From contig JAFOYD010000131.1 of assembly GCA_017391545.1 (NCBI GenBank), positions 1 to 38,666 of the forward strand: a DNA stretch of 38,666 bases, read 5' to 3'. Position numbers and translations under genes: made by a program. Numbering within the stretch: the first letter of the stretch is position 1; every line of letters starts with the position of its first letter. Source of the DNA: Lachnospiraceae bacterium. GTDB taxonomy: Bacteria > Bacillota > Clostridia > Lachnospirales > Lachnospiraceae. Under the pieces are notes generated by a model that had not been told where the DNA came from, did no database searches, and saw only the letters and a program-made list of their open reading frames with translations. Positions 19,223-28,040 of the stretch are shown here, in pieces.

Positions 19223-20386
19223 TTATTTATGATACATACTTGTACCTGACACCTGTTTGTCCACTCCAAGATAATCAAGCACTGTCGCAGCTATATCTGC
19301 AAATGTTTCCCTCGTACCGTAATTGACCGGTTTGATATTTTTCCCATACATGATAAATGGTGTATGTTCCCGGGTATGGTCTGTTGTCGCCTTATATGCC
19401 GGGTCACATCCATGATCTGCCGTAATCATCAGCACATCATCCTCACGAAGCTTTCCCATGATATCCGGAAGCTTCTCATCAAAATAGGTCATCGCCCTGG
19501 CATATCCGTCAATATCTCTGCGATGTCCATACAACATGTCATAATCAACCAGATTGACAAAGCACAATCCCTCAAAATCCTTGTCAAGATATTCAATCGT
19601 ACGCTCAATGCCTTCTGCATTTGAGCTCGTATAGACAAACTCTGAGATGCCCTTTCCCGCAAAAATATCATTAATCTTTCCTACTGCGATCACGCTCTTA
19701 CCAGCTTCCTGAATCAGGTCAAGCATGGTTGTCTGTGGCGGCTGCAGGGAATAATCATGACGATGCGCAGTCCTTGTATAATTTCCGCTTGTTCCGACAA
19801 ACGGCCTTGCGATTACGCGGCCCACTCCATGCTTCCCCTGAAGCATTTGTCTTGCCTTTTTACAATAATCATACAAGGTCTCAAGCGGTACGATATCCTC
19901 ATGTGCTGCAATCTGAAATACGCTGTCTGCTGATGTGTACACGATCAAATCGCCCGTTTTCACATGCTCATCACCATAGTCCTTGATCACTTCCGTACCA
20001 GAATATGGTCTGTTACACAGAACACCCCGTCCAGTCAGTCTCGTAAATTCATCGAGCACCTCCTTGGGAAATCCATCAGGATATGTCGGCAGTGGCTTTT
20101 CTGAGATAATACCCCCAATCTCCCAATGACCAATCGTTGTATCCTTTCCCCTTGAAGCCTCCTTCATTCTCGCGATTGCTGCAAGCGGTCGTCCGACCTT
20201 CTCCTGATTTTGGCACTGAACGCCTTCAATATTAAAAAGTCCAAGCTTCTTGAGATTCGGCACATGAAAAAATGAGCTTGTTGAAACGGAGCCTATGGTG
20301 TTGGTTCCCAGATCTCCATAGGCTTCCGAATCATTCATCTCACCGATTCCAAAGCTATCCAGAACAATTAAAAATACTCTTTTCAT
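19223..20386 (-). CDS. deoB: Phosphopentomutase
   Basis: IVLDSFGIG, GKDTTIGHWE, IVYTSADSV.QIAAHE, GRVIARPF, YGHRRD, ITADHGCDP, DHTRE. Confidence 0.97.
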   Translation of the reverse strand: MKRVFLIVLDSFGIGEMNDSEAYGDLGTNTIGSVSTSSFFHVPNLKKLGLFNIEGVQCQNQEKVGRPLAAIARMKEASRGKDTTIGHWEIGGIISEKPLPTYPDGFPKEVLDEFTRLTGRGVLCNRPYSGTEVIKDYGDEHVKTGDLIVYTSADSVFQIAAHEDIVPLETLYDYCKKARQMLQGKHGVGRVIARPFVGTSGNYTRTAHRHDYSLQPPQTTMLDLIQEAGKSVIAVGKINDIFAGKGISEFVYTSSNAEGIERTIEYLDKDFEGLCFVNLVDYDMLYGHRRDIDGYARAMTYFDEKLPDIMGKLREDDVLMITADHGCDPAYKATTDHTREHTPFIMYGKNIKPVNYGTRETFADIAATVLDYLGVDKQVSGTSMYHK

Positions 20387-20458
20387 AAGTGCTCCTTTCT
20401 GCCAAAGTCCTCACAACAGTGTTTCATGCCATGAGCCCATCCGCTACTAAATCACTTT

Positions 20459-20488
20459 AGTATACCACATTTATTTCACGAATTCCAC
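20459..20488 (-). promoter_or_regulatory. Candidate extended -10 SigA promoter for deoB-prfC
   Basis: TG-G-TATACT (20467-20459); -35 weak (GTGGAA, 18 bp spacer). Confidence 0.45.
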
Positions 20489-20492
20489 ACCT

Positions 20493-21254
20493 TTATTCTG
20501 CCCCTGATACTGTTATTATGATATTTTCCGCGGCAATATCTGTTTTTCTCTGTACAATGTCGATAATCTGCGCTGTCTGTGCCTCCGTCAGACTTGCTGC
20601 TCCCACCATAACATCTGCTGAGTCGCCACTGATACTGACAACCGTCTGCGTAAAACCCTTCGCCTCGAGAAGCATCTGTGCATCTGATTCCTTCTGTGCT
20701 GTTTCCGTAAGCGTAATCATACTGTTTACTGCTTCCTTTTTGGCATCCTCCGTCAAATCCTCATTATTGATGATTTCCATCAGTGCTTCTTTGTTCTGCG
20801 CTCTGGTCTGCTCCTTTAAAAGTTTTGCACCGGCAAGTGTTGAAACACCTGACGCGCTGGTAAACACAGCCTCTCCCGGCGTCTCCTGCTCAATGACGGT
20901 AGCTCCATTCTCATCTGTATTGGCAGCAATCTGTGTATCCATGTCACTTTTCAGATAATTGTCTGTGATTGTTGTATCATCGGTATCAAGACTCGCAATA
21001 TCCGCCTCTGTTCCCGTAACTGCCGCATATTCCGAATAGTCTGTAATGACTCCGTCCGTATCCTCCCTAAGTGATATTGCATACATATCCTCATCAGAAA
21101 TCTCGTAAGTCAGCTCACTGTTGCTTCCATCTACAGATATGAAATCTTCTTCTCCTATCTTGGTGCCGGCAAAGTTCAGATACCCCGCTACTGCGATCAT
21201 TACCGCCAATGCCGTAATCATAATCTGGTTCTTTCTCAATATTTTTTTCACCAA
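20493..21254 (-). CDS. spoIIIAH: Stage III sporulation protein AH
   Basis: KNQIMITALAVMIAVAGYLNF TM, acidic linker, KEQTRAQNKE.L..II, LLEAKGF..VV ring-building domain; last gene of the cluster. Confidence 0.93.
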   Translation of the reverse strand: MVKKILRKNQIMITALAVMIAVAGYLNFAGTKIGEEDFISVDGSNSELTYEISDEDMYAISLREDTDGVITDYSEYAAVTGTEADIASLDTDDTTITDNYLKSDMDTQIAANTDENGATVIEQETPGEAVFTSASGVSTLAGAKLLKEQTRAQNKEALMEIINNEDLTEDAKKEAVNSMITLTETAQKESDAQMLLEAKGFTQTVVSISGDSADVMVGAASLTEAQTAQIIDIVQRKTDIAAENIIITVSGAE

Positions 21255-21290
21255 ATCATATCCTTCCTATTATTTCTCTTTGCTACTTCT

Positions 21291-21319
21291 ATCATATTCA
21301 GCATCTCATTTTCTTAGAC
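21291..21319 (-). promoter_or_regulatory. Possible internal SigE-like promoter before spoIIIAH
   Basis: GTCTAAG-N14-AATATGAT in the 112-bp AG-AH gap. Confidence 0.3.
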
Positions 21320-21366
21320 TTATTACTTTCCAATTCTTATAAATTTATGATCAGACAATCCATATA

Positions 21367-21975
21367 CTACTGTACCGCCACAACCTCTACCTTATTCGCA
21401 TCAATTCCATAAAGTGCCATCACCAGTCTGACAATCTGTAATCTCACCGTCTCATCGGAAGCTCCCTTTGCAGCGACCAGCACGCCATCGATTGCCGGAC
21501 TTCTGGTCTGCGAGATAAATGGCACCTCATCACCGTTTCCATTGACCGTATATACTGTTGTTTCATCCTTTGATGATTCGTTGCTTTCACCGCTTGTGCT
21601 GCTTGATGTCGGATTATCCTTTTCAACAATGTATTCTTGTGAATCTTTCATATAAATAAGTACATCTGTCTCTCCTACACCTGACACACCCGACAGAAAG
21701 TCCTCAAGCTCTTTTTCCAATCCATGCTTGTATTCATCCAGTGCAGTCCCTGAACCTTTGATCTCTGTGGTCTGAAAATCTGTCGTGTTCTCAGCCACTG
21801 TAGCACTCCCATCCCCTTGGTTTTTCCTGCTCTGACTACCCGCACCTTTCTTTTCCGTTGGCAGCAGGATCACAAAAATCAATATCCCACTCAGAAACAG
21901 GATCAACATGGTTTCCTTTGGAGGTCTTCCTTTACCTCCAAAGATCTGTCGAAGTTTCCTCCAATAATTCTCCAT
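21367..21975 (-). CDS. spoIIIAG: Stage III sporulation protein AG
   Basis: One TM, LEKELEDFLS.VSGVG, P.IDGVLVAAKGA, V.AL.GI..NKVEV; SD GAGGAG supports ATG 21975. Confidence 0.9.
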   Translation of the reverse strand: MENYWRKLRQIFGGKGRPPKETMLILFLSGILIFVILLPTEKKGAGSQSRKNQGDGSATVAENTTDFQTTEIKGSGTALDEYKHGLEKELEDFLSGVSGVGETDVLIYMKDSQEYIVEKDNPTSSSTSGESNESSKDETTVYTVNGNGDEVPFISQTRSPAIDGVLVAAKGASDETVRLQIVRLVMALYGIDANKVEVVAVQ

Positions 21976-22318
21976 GCTCCTCTTCACCCCCATTTTGGCT
22001 GTCATATACTTCACCCATTATTTTATCTCCCCACAACTCCTCCTCATAATACCGTTCCCCCTCTCGAATCTCATTCTCATCCATCGTTTTTCTCCACTCA
22101 TCTTCCCACGCCTCATACAGTTGGTCTGTTGCTCCCATACAGTCCCCAATCTGACCTGCAAGCGAAAAAATCACATTACAGCAGATGCACAGCGTCAACA
22201 GATAAGAAAAAAATTTCAGATATTTCTGATAACCACTCCCCTCCGTCAGCTGAAGCAGACACCGAAAGCAGATTACAGTATAGACAAGCCTTCTGACTTC
22301 TGTTGCCAAAAGCTCCAT
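21932..22318 (-). CDS. spoIIIAF: Stage III sporulation protein AF (short form)
   Basis: Two TMs around YQKYLKFF; SD GGAGGG; position between AE and AG. Confidence 0.75.
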   Translation of the reverse strand: MELLATEVRRLVYTVICFRCLLQLTEGSGYQKYLKFFSYLLTLCICCNVIFSLAGQIGDCMGATDQLYEAWEDEWRKTMDENEIREGERYYEEELWGDKIMGEVYDSQNGGEEEHGELLEETSTDLWR

Positions 22319-22333
22319 ATGTCTCCCTCCTAA

Positions 22334-23404
22334 TCAAATTCCACTCGTTGCATTTGTAACGGCTGCAATTGCCACAAAGAACAAAGCAGTGACTGTGATC
22401 AGTATACGAAGCATCATAAAACCTGCTTCTGATATGGATTCCACACATTTTGTCATCTGCTTCTCACCACAGATCCCTCCAAGTGCTCCACTTACCTTTA
22501 TGATTAGCAGAATAATGAATGCTCTCATGACAGGCGCAGCAACCATGAGAATCATCACCACAAGGATCAGTACTCCAAAGCTGTTCTTAAGTGCGATCGC
22601 TGATGTGAGTGTCACGCCCGACACAGACTCGGCAATATCTCCGATTCCCGGAATGATACCGACTGTTTTATGGATCACTGCATTGTTCGCTCTGTCAATG
22701 GAAGGCGTAATCATTGTCTGTAAGATGCTGCTTCCTGAAAATACTACGACCATCGTTTTCAGTACCCACTGGACTCCATTTTTGATCAGATCCATAAGTC
22801 CCCTGAACCGCTCATCTCCCCAGATGCCCTCCACGACACCAAGCATTACATAACCCTCGACTAACGGCGTCATTGATGCTGCCACAATGCCTTCAACCAG
22901 ACATATAAATCCGATCAACAGCTTGTGAAAGATCAAAGCAGTCATCCCTGAGCCCGCAGCAGCAGTACAGATCATATATGCCGGCAGCATCAGCTTCAAA
23001 AAGTCAATCATCTGTGCCATCGCGCCATCCACAATTGTTAATACATCCCGAAAGGCATTGATCAGCACGACAAGCTGACACATCATAAAAAAGATTCTTG
23101 CCGCTTTCGCAGCGCCCTCATTTTTAAAGGCTGACAAAATATTGCTGACTACCGCCGCCAACAGGAACAGAACCAATATGGAAACAAACAGGCTTTTCCA
23201 TCCATCCAGCACACTTGTCACCGCTTCTGCTATGTATCTCCAGAACAGAGTTGGATCAAGCACCCAGTTTCCCTTTAGTACATCTTCAATAAAATCCATT
23301 GAATCGATATTTTCACCTGGCAAAAGCTCCCGTAGGAGCTGATCCAGTACATTCAAATCCGGAAGGATATCCAAATCCTGCCAAAGCCCTATTTCCTGAT
23401 TCAT
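22334..23404 (-). CDS. spoIIIAE: Stage III sporulation protein AE
   Basis: Polytopic membrane protein, IPGIGD...V......ALKNSFG motif; position in operon. Confidence 0.88.
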   Translation of the reverse strand: MNQEIGLWQDLDILPDLNVLDQLLRELLPGENIDSMDFIEDVLKGNWVLDPTLFWRYIAEAVTSVLDGWKSLFVSILVLFLLAAVVSNILSAFKNEGAAKAARIFFMMCQLVVLINAFRDVLTIVDGAMAQMIDFLKLMLPAYMICTAAAGSGMTALIFHKLLIGFICLVEGIVAASMTPLVEGYVMLGVVEGIWGDERFRGLMDLIKNGVQWVLKTMVVVFSGSSILQTMITPSIDRANNAVIHKTVGIIPGIGDIAESVSGVTLTSAIALKNSFGVLILVVMILMVAAPVMRAFIILLIIKVSGALGGICGEKQMTKCVESISEAGFMMLRILITVTALFFVAIAAVTNATSGI

Positions 23405-23781
23405 CCCATCATTCCCTCGAGCATATCGATCATAATCCTGATGACCGGAAAACCTGCCACCATTATTGCCATCTTTCCAAAAAGCTCTATATTGCTGCTC
23501 AGCGCCGAATATCCAGCATCCTTTGTCAGATTTGCAGCAAACTCACAAATATATGTAATTCCTGTGAGTTTGAGAAACAACGACAAATAAACGGCATTCT
23601 CACCAAGCAGCTTCTGCCAGTCCTCAATCTCACGAAGCACATCATCAATCACGCCCATTACCTTTATTGCAATCAGAACACTTACAAAAGCGATAATCAA
23701 TGTCGAAAATTCCGGCTTGTCTTTTTTTATGACAAGCGCTGCAAAAAGTCCCGCTGCTGCCAGCATACATACCTGAAGCAT
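23401..23781 (-). CDS. spoIIIAD: Stage III sporulation protein AD
   Basis: K..KPEFS, LFLKLTGITYICEFAA.L.KDAG..A....IE.FGK. Confidence 0.93.
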   Translation of the reverse strand: MLQVCMLAAAGLFAALVIKKDKPEFSTLIIAFVSVLIAIKVMGVIDDVLREIEDWQKLLGENAVYLSLFLKLTGITYICEFAANLTKDAGYSALSSNIELFGKMAIMVAGFPVIRIMIDMLEGMMG

Positions 23782-23793
23782 AAGTCTATCCTC

Positions 23794-23988
23794 TCACAAT
23801 CCAAATAAATCCTGAATCATCTCAAAAAGCTGATAAATATAGGGGACAATCCAGGAAAGTACCAGCACCAGTCCGGCAAGACTTATGAGAAATGCGTGTT
23901 CCTCTCTGCCACTGTGCTTTAAAACCTGCCCCAGTATCGTGATCAGTATACCGACTGCTGCTATCTTAAATATCAGACTGACTTCCAT
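23794..23988 (-). CDS. spoIIIAC: Stage III sporulation protein AC
   Basis: MEVSLIFKIAAVGIL...L.QVL.HSGREE.A....LAG; 64 aa from ATG 23988 (23994 and 24000 are alternatives). Confidence 0.94.
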   Translation of the reverse strand: MEVSLIFKIAAVGILITILGQVLKHSGREEHAFLISLAGLVLVLSWIVPYIYQLFEMIQDLFGL

Positions 23989-24012
23989 GTTCATCCCCAT
24001 TTCCCCTAATTT

Positions 24013-24534
24013 TTATAGAAAAAAAACGATACCTAAAATCCCTGCAAGTGTACTTAATGCCCTGACAAGTCTGTCATTTTCTTCCCTCTTTTGCAATCGT
24101 TTGTCAATCTCCATATCAAGCTCTCTCTCAAAGAGTTCAAGTGTTTGCACCTGCAGCCTGTCTCCCTCACAGCCAAAGCATTCTCCAATCCGTTCCAGAT
24201 AACCTGATGCTCTGACAGGAATGTCACTTTTCATTTTTAGTTCATACACCTCTTCCTTCCACAACTCCATCAGTCCCTTTCCACTACGCTCCTTCATTCT
24301 CTGCGCGATCTGTTCCAGGAAGATATCGTAGGGCGGTTCCATCCTTTCTGATATAATGTCAAGTACCTCCTCCATTGGTCTGCGCAGATAGCCAATTTCC
24401 CCCTTCATGTACGATACAATCTGCTTTTGCAGCTTCAAGTGCTTGATTTCAGAGCTCATCTCCCCGCAAAGTGCCAATCCAAATCCAACTGCTCCTGTCA
24501 TGACGCAGACACCCGCAACAAGCTTTTGCCACAT
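24013..24534 (-). CDS. spoIIIAB: Stage III sporulation protein AB
   Basis: N- and C-terminal TMs, EIGY...P, G..FG..D..Q; SD GGGAGG; position in operon. Confidence 0.9.
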   Translation of the reverse strand: MWQKLVAGVCVMTGAVGFGLALCGEMSSEIKHLKLQKQIVSYMKGEIGYLRRPMEEVLDIISERMEPPYDIFLEQIAQRMKERSGKGLMELWKEEVYELKMKSDIPVRASGYLERIGECFGCEGDRLQVQTLELFERELDMEIDKRLQKREENDRLVRALSTLAGILGIVFFL

Positions 24535-25439
24535 AGCAAATTACCTCCCCCATCAAAGATTTGTATCGATCGCGATCTGTCCTTTTCCATTTCCAGCAAA
24601 ACGAACCGCTGAAACATCTGTTGTTCTAACAGCTCTGAAAGCTCATGTTTTCTTCTGATATCTTCGAGCGAGCTTCCATGCACCGTTGCCAGTATACGAC
24701 ACCCACTCACCCCGGCAAAGAACAGCGCCTGTGCATCGCCTTCTCCACCAATCTCATCCATTGCAATCACCCGCGGTGCAAACGTCCTTACCAGAACCGA
24801 GATTCCCTGACGTTTGTCACCACCTGTCACAACATCTGTCCGTTCTCCACACTCAAGCACTGCACTTCCACGATAAGCACCTGCGATTTCTCCCCGTTCG
24901 TCAATGACACCAACATTGCAGCCACGATGACCGTAAACACCGTTTGAAAAAAGTCGTATCGTGTCCCGAAGCAGGGTTGTCTTGCCAATTCCAGGTGGCG
25001 ATATGATGAGCGTATTCACAGGAATATCCTCCATTGGGAAATATAAATACGGTATCATATTCTCTGCAATGTTTTTATGCTCATGCGCCAGCCTAATATT
25101 CATATAACGGATATATTTTGTGAGAAAACTCCCCTGCTCTGTCGCGACCAGTTCGCCCGTAATCCCGATTCTGTGTCCCCCCTCCACCATAATAAAGCCC
25201 TGCCTGCGTTCTTCCTCATATGCATAAACAGAATCATGACACAGATAGCGAAAGATTTCCTCAAGTTCCTTCTCTCCATATTTCATGGGAAGTGTAATCT
25301 CCTCCCCAAGCATCACCCGTACCTGTTGATTGACTCGCAGTCTGATTTCCTGTACCTCCCCGATGTCCAGCCCGCACTTTTCCCAGTCCGGTCTCAAACG
25401 CTCCGGGAAAAACTGTATGATTCCACCGCACTGTGACAT
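24498..25439 (-). CDS. spoIIIAA: Stage III sporulation ATPase AA
   Basis: QEIRLRV, GGHRIGITG, SPPGIGKTTLLRD, IDERGEIAG, MDEIG, ATVHG. Confidence 0.96.
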   Translation of the reverse strand: MSQCGGIIQFFPERLRPDWEKCGLDIGEVQEIRLRVNQQVRVMLGEEITLPMKYGEKELEEIFRYLCHDSVYAYEEERRQGFIMVEGGHRIGITGELVATEQGSFLTKYIRYMNIRLAHEHKNIAENMIPYLYFPMEDIPVNTLIISPPGIGKTTLLRDTIRLFSNGVYGHRGCNVGVIDERGEIAGAYRGSAVLECGERTDVVTGGDKRQGISVLVRTFAPRVIAMDEIGGEGDAQALFFAGVSGCRILATVHGSSLEDIRRKHELSELLEQQMFQRFVLLEMEKDRSRSIQIFDGGGNLLCGKSLLRVSAS

Positions 25440-25487
25440 TGCGCATCACCCCTTCAGTTACTGTTTGCTCTGCTGTAGACATATCTC

Positions 25488-25515
25488 AATATATGTCCTG
25501 AAACATAAAATATGA
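25488..25515 (-). promoter_or_regulatory. SigE-type promoter of the spoIIIA operon
   Basis: TCATATT (25515-25509), 13 bp spacer, CATATATT (25495-25488); spoIIIA is a known SigE operon. Confidence 0.65.
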
Positions 25516-25542
25516 TACCTGTCCTTAAAAAAACAAGAAAAG

Positions 25543-25593
25543 AAAACAAAAAATTCCCACAGGGCAGTATTTTGAGCTACTGTCCTGTGGGAA
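25543..25593 (-). terminator. Intrinsic terminator after pnp
   Basis: TTCCCACAGGACAGTA-gctcaaaa-TACTGCCCTGTGGGAA (15/16 pairs) followed by TTTTTTGTTTT. Confidence 0.88.
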
Positions 25594-25608
25594 CAATCTT
25601 CTGTTATC

Positions 25609-25638
25609 ATAACTATTCAGAGCCTTCTGAACAGTTAT
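25609..25638 (-). repeat. 13-bp-arm palindrome in the pnp 3' UTR
   Basis: ATAACTGTTCAGA-aggc-TCTGAATAGTTAT; fully paired on the minus strand with one G-U. Confidence 0.7.
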
Positions 25639-25652
25639 CTGCTATATTCTAT

Positions 25653-27779
25653 TTACTGCTGTGCAACGTCCTTCATAGAGAAGCTGATTCTTCCCATCTT
25701 GTCCTTGCCAAGGCATACAACGGTAACAACGTCACCAAGTGTAAGAACATCCTCTACATGATTGATTCTCTCCTTAGAGATCTTGGAAATGTGAACCATT
25801 CCCTCCTTGCCCGGGGCAAACTCAAGGAATGCGCCAAACTCTTTGATGCTTACGACTTTGCCCTTGAAAATCTGGCCTTCTTCAAAATCTGTTGTGATGA
25901 TTTTGATCATCTCACATGCCTTGTCCATCATCGCCTGATCAGTACCACAGATGCTTACAAAACCATCATCTGAAATGTCGATCTTAACACCTGTCTGGTC
26001 GATAATTGCGTTGATCGTCTTTCCTCTCTGACCTACGACATCACCGATTCTCTCAGGATCGATGCGTGTCTGAATGATCTTAGGTGCATACTCTCCAACA
26101 GTAGATCTTGGCTGACCGATGCATGGAATCATGATTTCGTTCAGGATATACATTCTGGCATCCCTTGTCTTGGCAATTGCTTCCTCAACGATCGGTCTGG
26201 TCAGACCATGAATCTTGATATCCATCTGAATTGCTGTGATGCCGTCCTTTGTACCTGCGACCTTAAAGTCCATATCACCAAAGAAATCCTCAAGTCCCTG
26301 AATATCTGTCAAAACGATGTAGTCATCGTCTGTCTCACCTGTTACAAGACCGCATGAGATACCTGCAACAGGCTTTTTAATTGGTACACCCGCTGCCATC
26401 AGAGACATGGTAGATGCACAGATGGAACCCTGTGAAGTAGAACCATTTGACTCAAAAGTTTCTGATACCGTACGGATTGCATATGGGAATTCTTCCTCAG
26501 AAGGAATCACAGGCACAAGTGCCTTTTCAGCCAATGCACCATGTCCAATCTCACGACGTCCCGGTCCTCTGGAAGGCTTTGTCTCACCTACAGAGTAAGA
26601 AGGGAAGTTGTAGTGATGCATATATCTCTTTGCTGTCTCATTTTCATCGAGGCCATCAATCTTCTGAACCTCTGACAATGGTGCCAGTGTTGTTACCGTA
26701 CAGATCTGTGTCTGTCCACGTGTAAACATGGCAGAACCATGTACTCTTGGTATAATGTCAACCTCAGCGCCAAGCGGACGAATCTGTGTAATCGCACGAC
26801 CGTCAGGACGCTTGTGATCCTTCAAGATCATCTTGCGGACTGTCTTTTTCTGATACTGGTAGATTGCCTCACCAAGAATGGCAAGCCACTCCTCGTTGTC
26901 AGCAAATGCTTCCTCAAGCTTCTCTGTAATCTTTCTGATGTTTTCTTCTCTTACCTGCTTTTCATCAGTAAATACAGCGACCTCCATCTCTTCTGGAGGA
27001 ACGATTTCCTTAATCTTTGCAAACATTTCCTCTGGGATTGCGCAGCTTGTGTATGCATGTTTAGGCTTTCCAACCTCCGCAACAATCTGGTTGATAAATG
27101 CAATGATGGTCTGATTGATCTCATGGCACTTGTAAATCGCCTCGATCATCTTGTCCTCAGGAACCTCGTTGGCACCTGCCTCGATCATAATCACCTTCTG
27201 GCTTGTGGAAGCAACTGTAAGCTGTAAATCACCATTTTTCCACTGTTCCTGATTTGGGTTTACCACAAACTCACCATCCACAAGTCCCATCTGTGTGGTC
27301 GCGCATGGTCCGTCAAATGGAATATCTGATATTGAAGTAACAATTGCTGAACCAAGCATTGCAACAAGCTCCGGACGGCACTCCGGATCAACACTCATTA
27401 CCATGTTGTTCAAGGTAACATCATTTCTGTAATCCTTCGGGAACAACGGACGCATCGGTCTGTCGATTACGCGGCTTGTAAGGATTGCATTTTCGCTTGC
27501 CTTACCCTCTCTCTTATTGAAACCGCCCGGGATCTTGCCCACTGCGTAAAGCTTCTCCTCATACTCTACAGAAAGAGGGAAGAAGTCGATACCATCCCTT
27601 GGCTTATCTGATGCGGTAGCTGTACAAAGCACTGTCGTATCTCCATAATGCATCAGTGCTGCACCATTTGCCTGTGCTGCCACTCTTCCAATGTCAACTG
27701 TCAGTGTACGTCCTGCAAGTTCCATACTGTACGCCTTGTAAGACTTGTCTTTCTTTTCGCTGAATGTCATGTAATCCAT
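25653..27779 (-). CDS. pnp: Polyribonucleotide nucleotidyltransferase (PNPase)
   Basis: DFFPLSV, RVIDRPMRPLFP, RPDGR, HGSAMFTRGQTQ, RREIGHGAL, ESNGSTS, GDMDFKVAGT, KH and S1 domains. Start 27779 (SD AAGGAG); 27803 is an alternative. Confidence 0.98.
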   Translation of the reverse strand: MDYMTFSEKKDKSYKAYSMELAGRTLTVDIGRVAAQANGAALMHYGDTTVLCTATASDKPRDGIDFFPLSVEYEEKLYAVGKIPGGFNKREGKASENAILTSRVIDRPMRPLFPKDYRNDVTLNNMVMSVDPECRPELVAMLGSAIVTSISDIPFDGPCATTQMGLVDGEFVVNPNQEQWKNGDLQLTVASTSQKVIMIEAGANEVPEDKMIEAIYKCHEINQTIIAFINQIVAEVGKPKHAYTSCAIPEEMFAKIKEIVPPEEMEVAVFTDEKQVREENIRKITEKLEEAFADNEEWLAILGEAIYQYQKKTVRKMILKDHKRPDGRAITQIRPLGAEVDIIPRVHGSAMFTRGQTQICTVTTLAPLSEVQKIDGLDENETAKRYMHHYNFPSYSVGETKPSRGPGRREIGHGALAEKALVPVIPSEEEFPYAIRTVSETFESNGSTSQGSICASTMSLMAAGVPIKKPVAGISCGLVTGETDDDYIVLTDIQGLEDFFGDMDFKVAGTKDGITAIQMDIKIHGLTRPIVEEAIAKTRDARMYILNEIMIPCIGQPRSTVGEYAPKIIQTRIDPERIGDVVGQRGKTINAIIDQTGVKIDISDDGFVSICGTDQAMMDKACEMIKIITTDFEEGQIFKGKVVSIKEFGAFLEFAPGKEGMVHISKISKERINHVEDVLTLGDVVTVVCLGKDKMGRISFSMKDVAQQ

Positions 27780-27870
27780 ACAATTCTCCTTTTCTTTGGT
27801 CATATACGACCTTCCATAATAATAAAAAATACTACTGCTTCATGACTCTAACTGCCAAAAGTCATCAGAC

Positions 27871-27957
27871 ACAGATAGAAGGTGCCGAAACTACTGAAAA
27901 ACACATGAGCGAAACATCATAAGCTTTTCAGCGGTCTCGAGCCATTCTTCTATCCGT
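27871..27957 (-). promoter_or_regulatory. Long hairpin in the pnp 5' leader (candidate RNase III processing / autoregulation site)
   Basis: ACGGATAGAAG/CTTCTATCTGT and CGAGACCGCTGAAAA/TTTTCAGTAGTTTCG stems; mismatches are mostly G-U pairs on the minus strand. Confidence 0.6.
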
Positions 27958-27988
27958 TTTTTCATTCAGGTATGAATGTGAGCTTGTG

Positions 27989-28026
27989 TGCATAAAAGGA
28001 GCGGATAATTCCGCCCCTTCTATGCA
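27989..28026 (-). terminator. Terminator-like hairpin after rpsO
   Basis: TGCATAGAAGGGGCGGA-atta-TCCGCTCCTTTTATGCA; short U tract, so read-through into pnp is plausible. Confidence 0.75.
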
Positions 28027-28040
28027 TCAGTATTTCCTGA

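Noticed and set aside
20387-20458. Purine or other riboswitch before deoB
   Set aside because: The leader is short and lacks the conserved purine-aptamer core and an expression-platform terminator.
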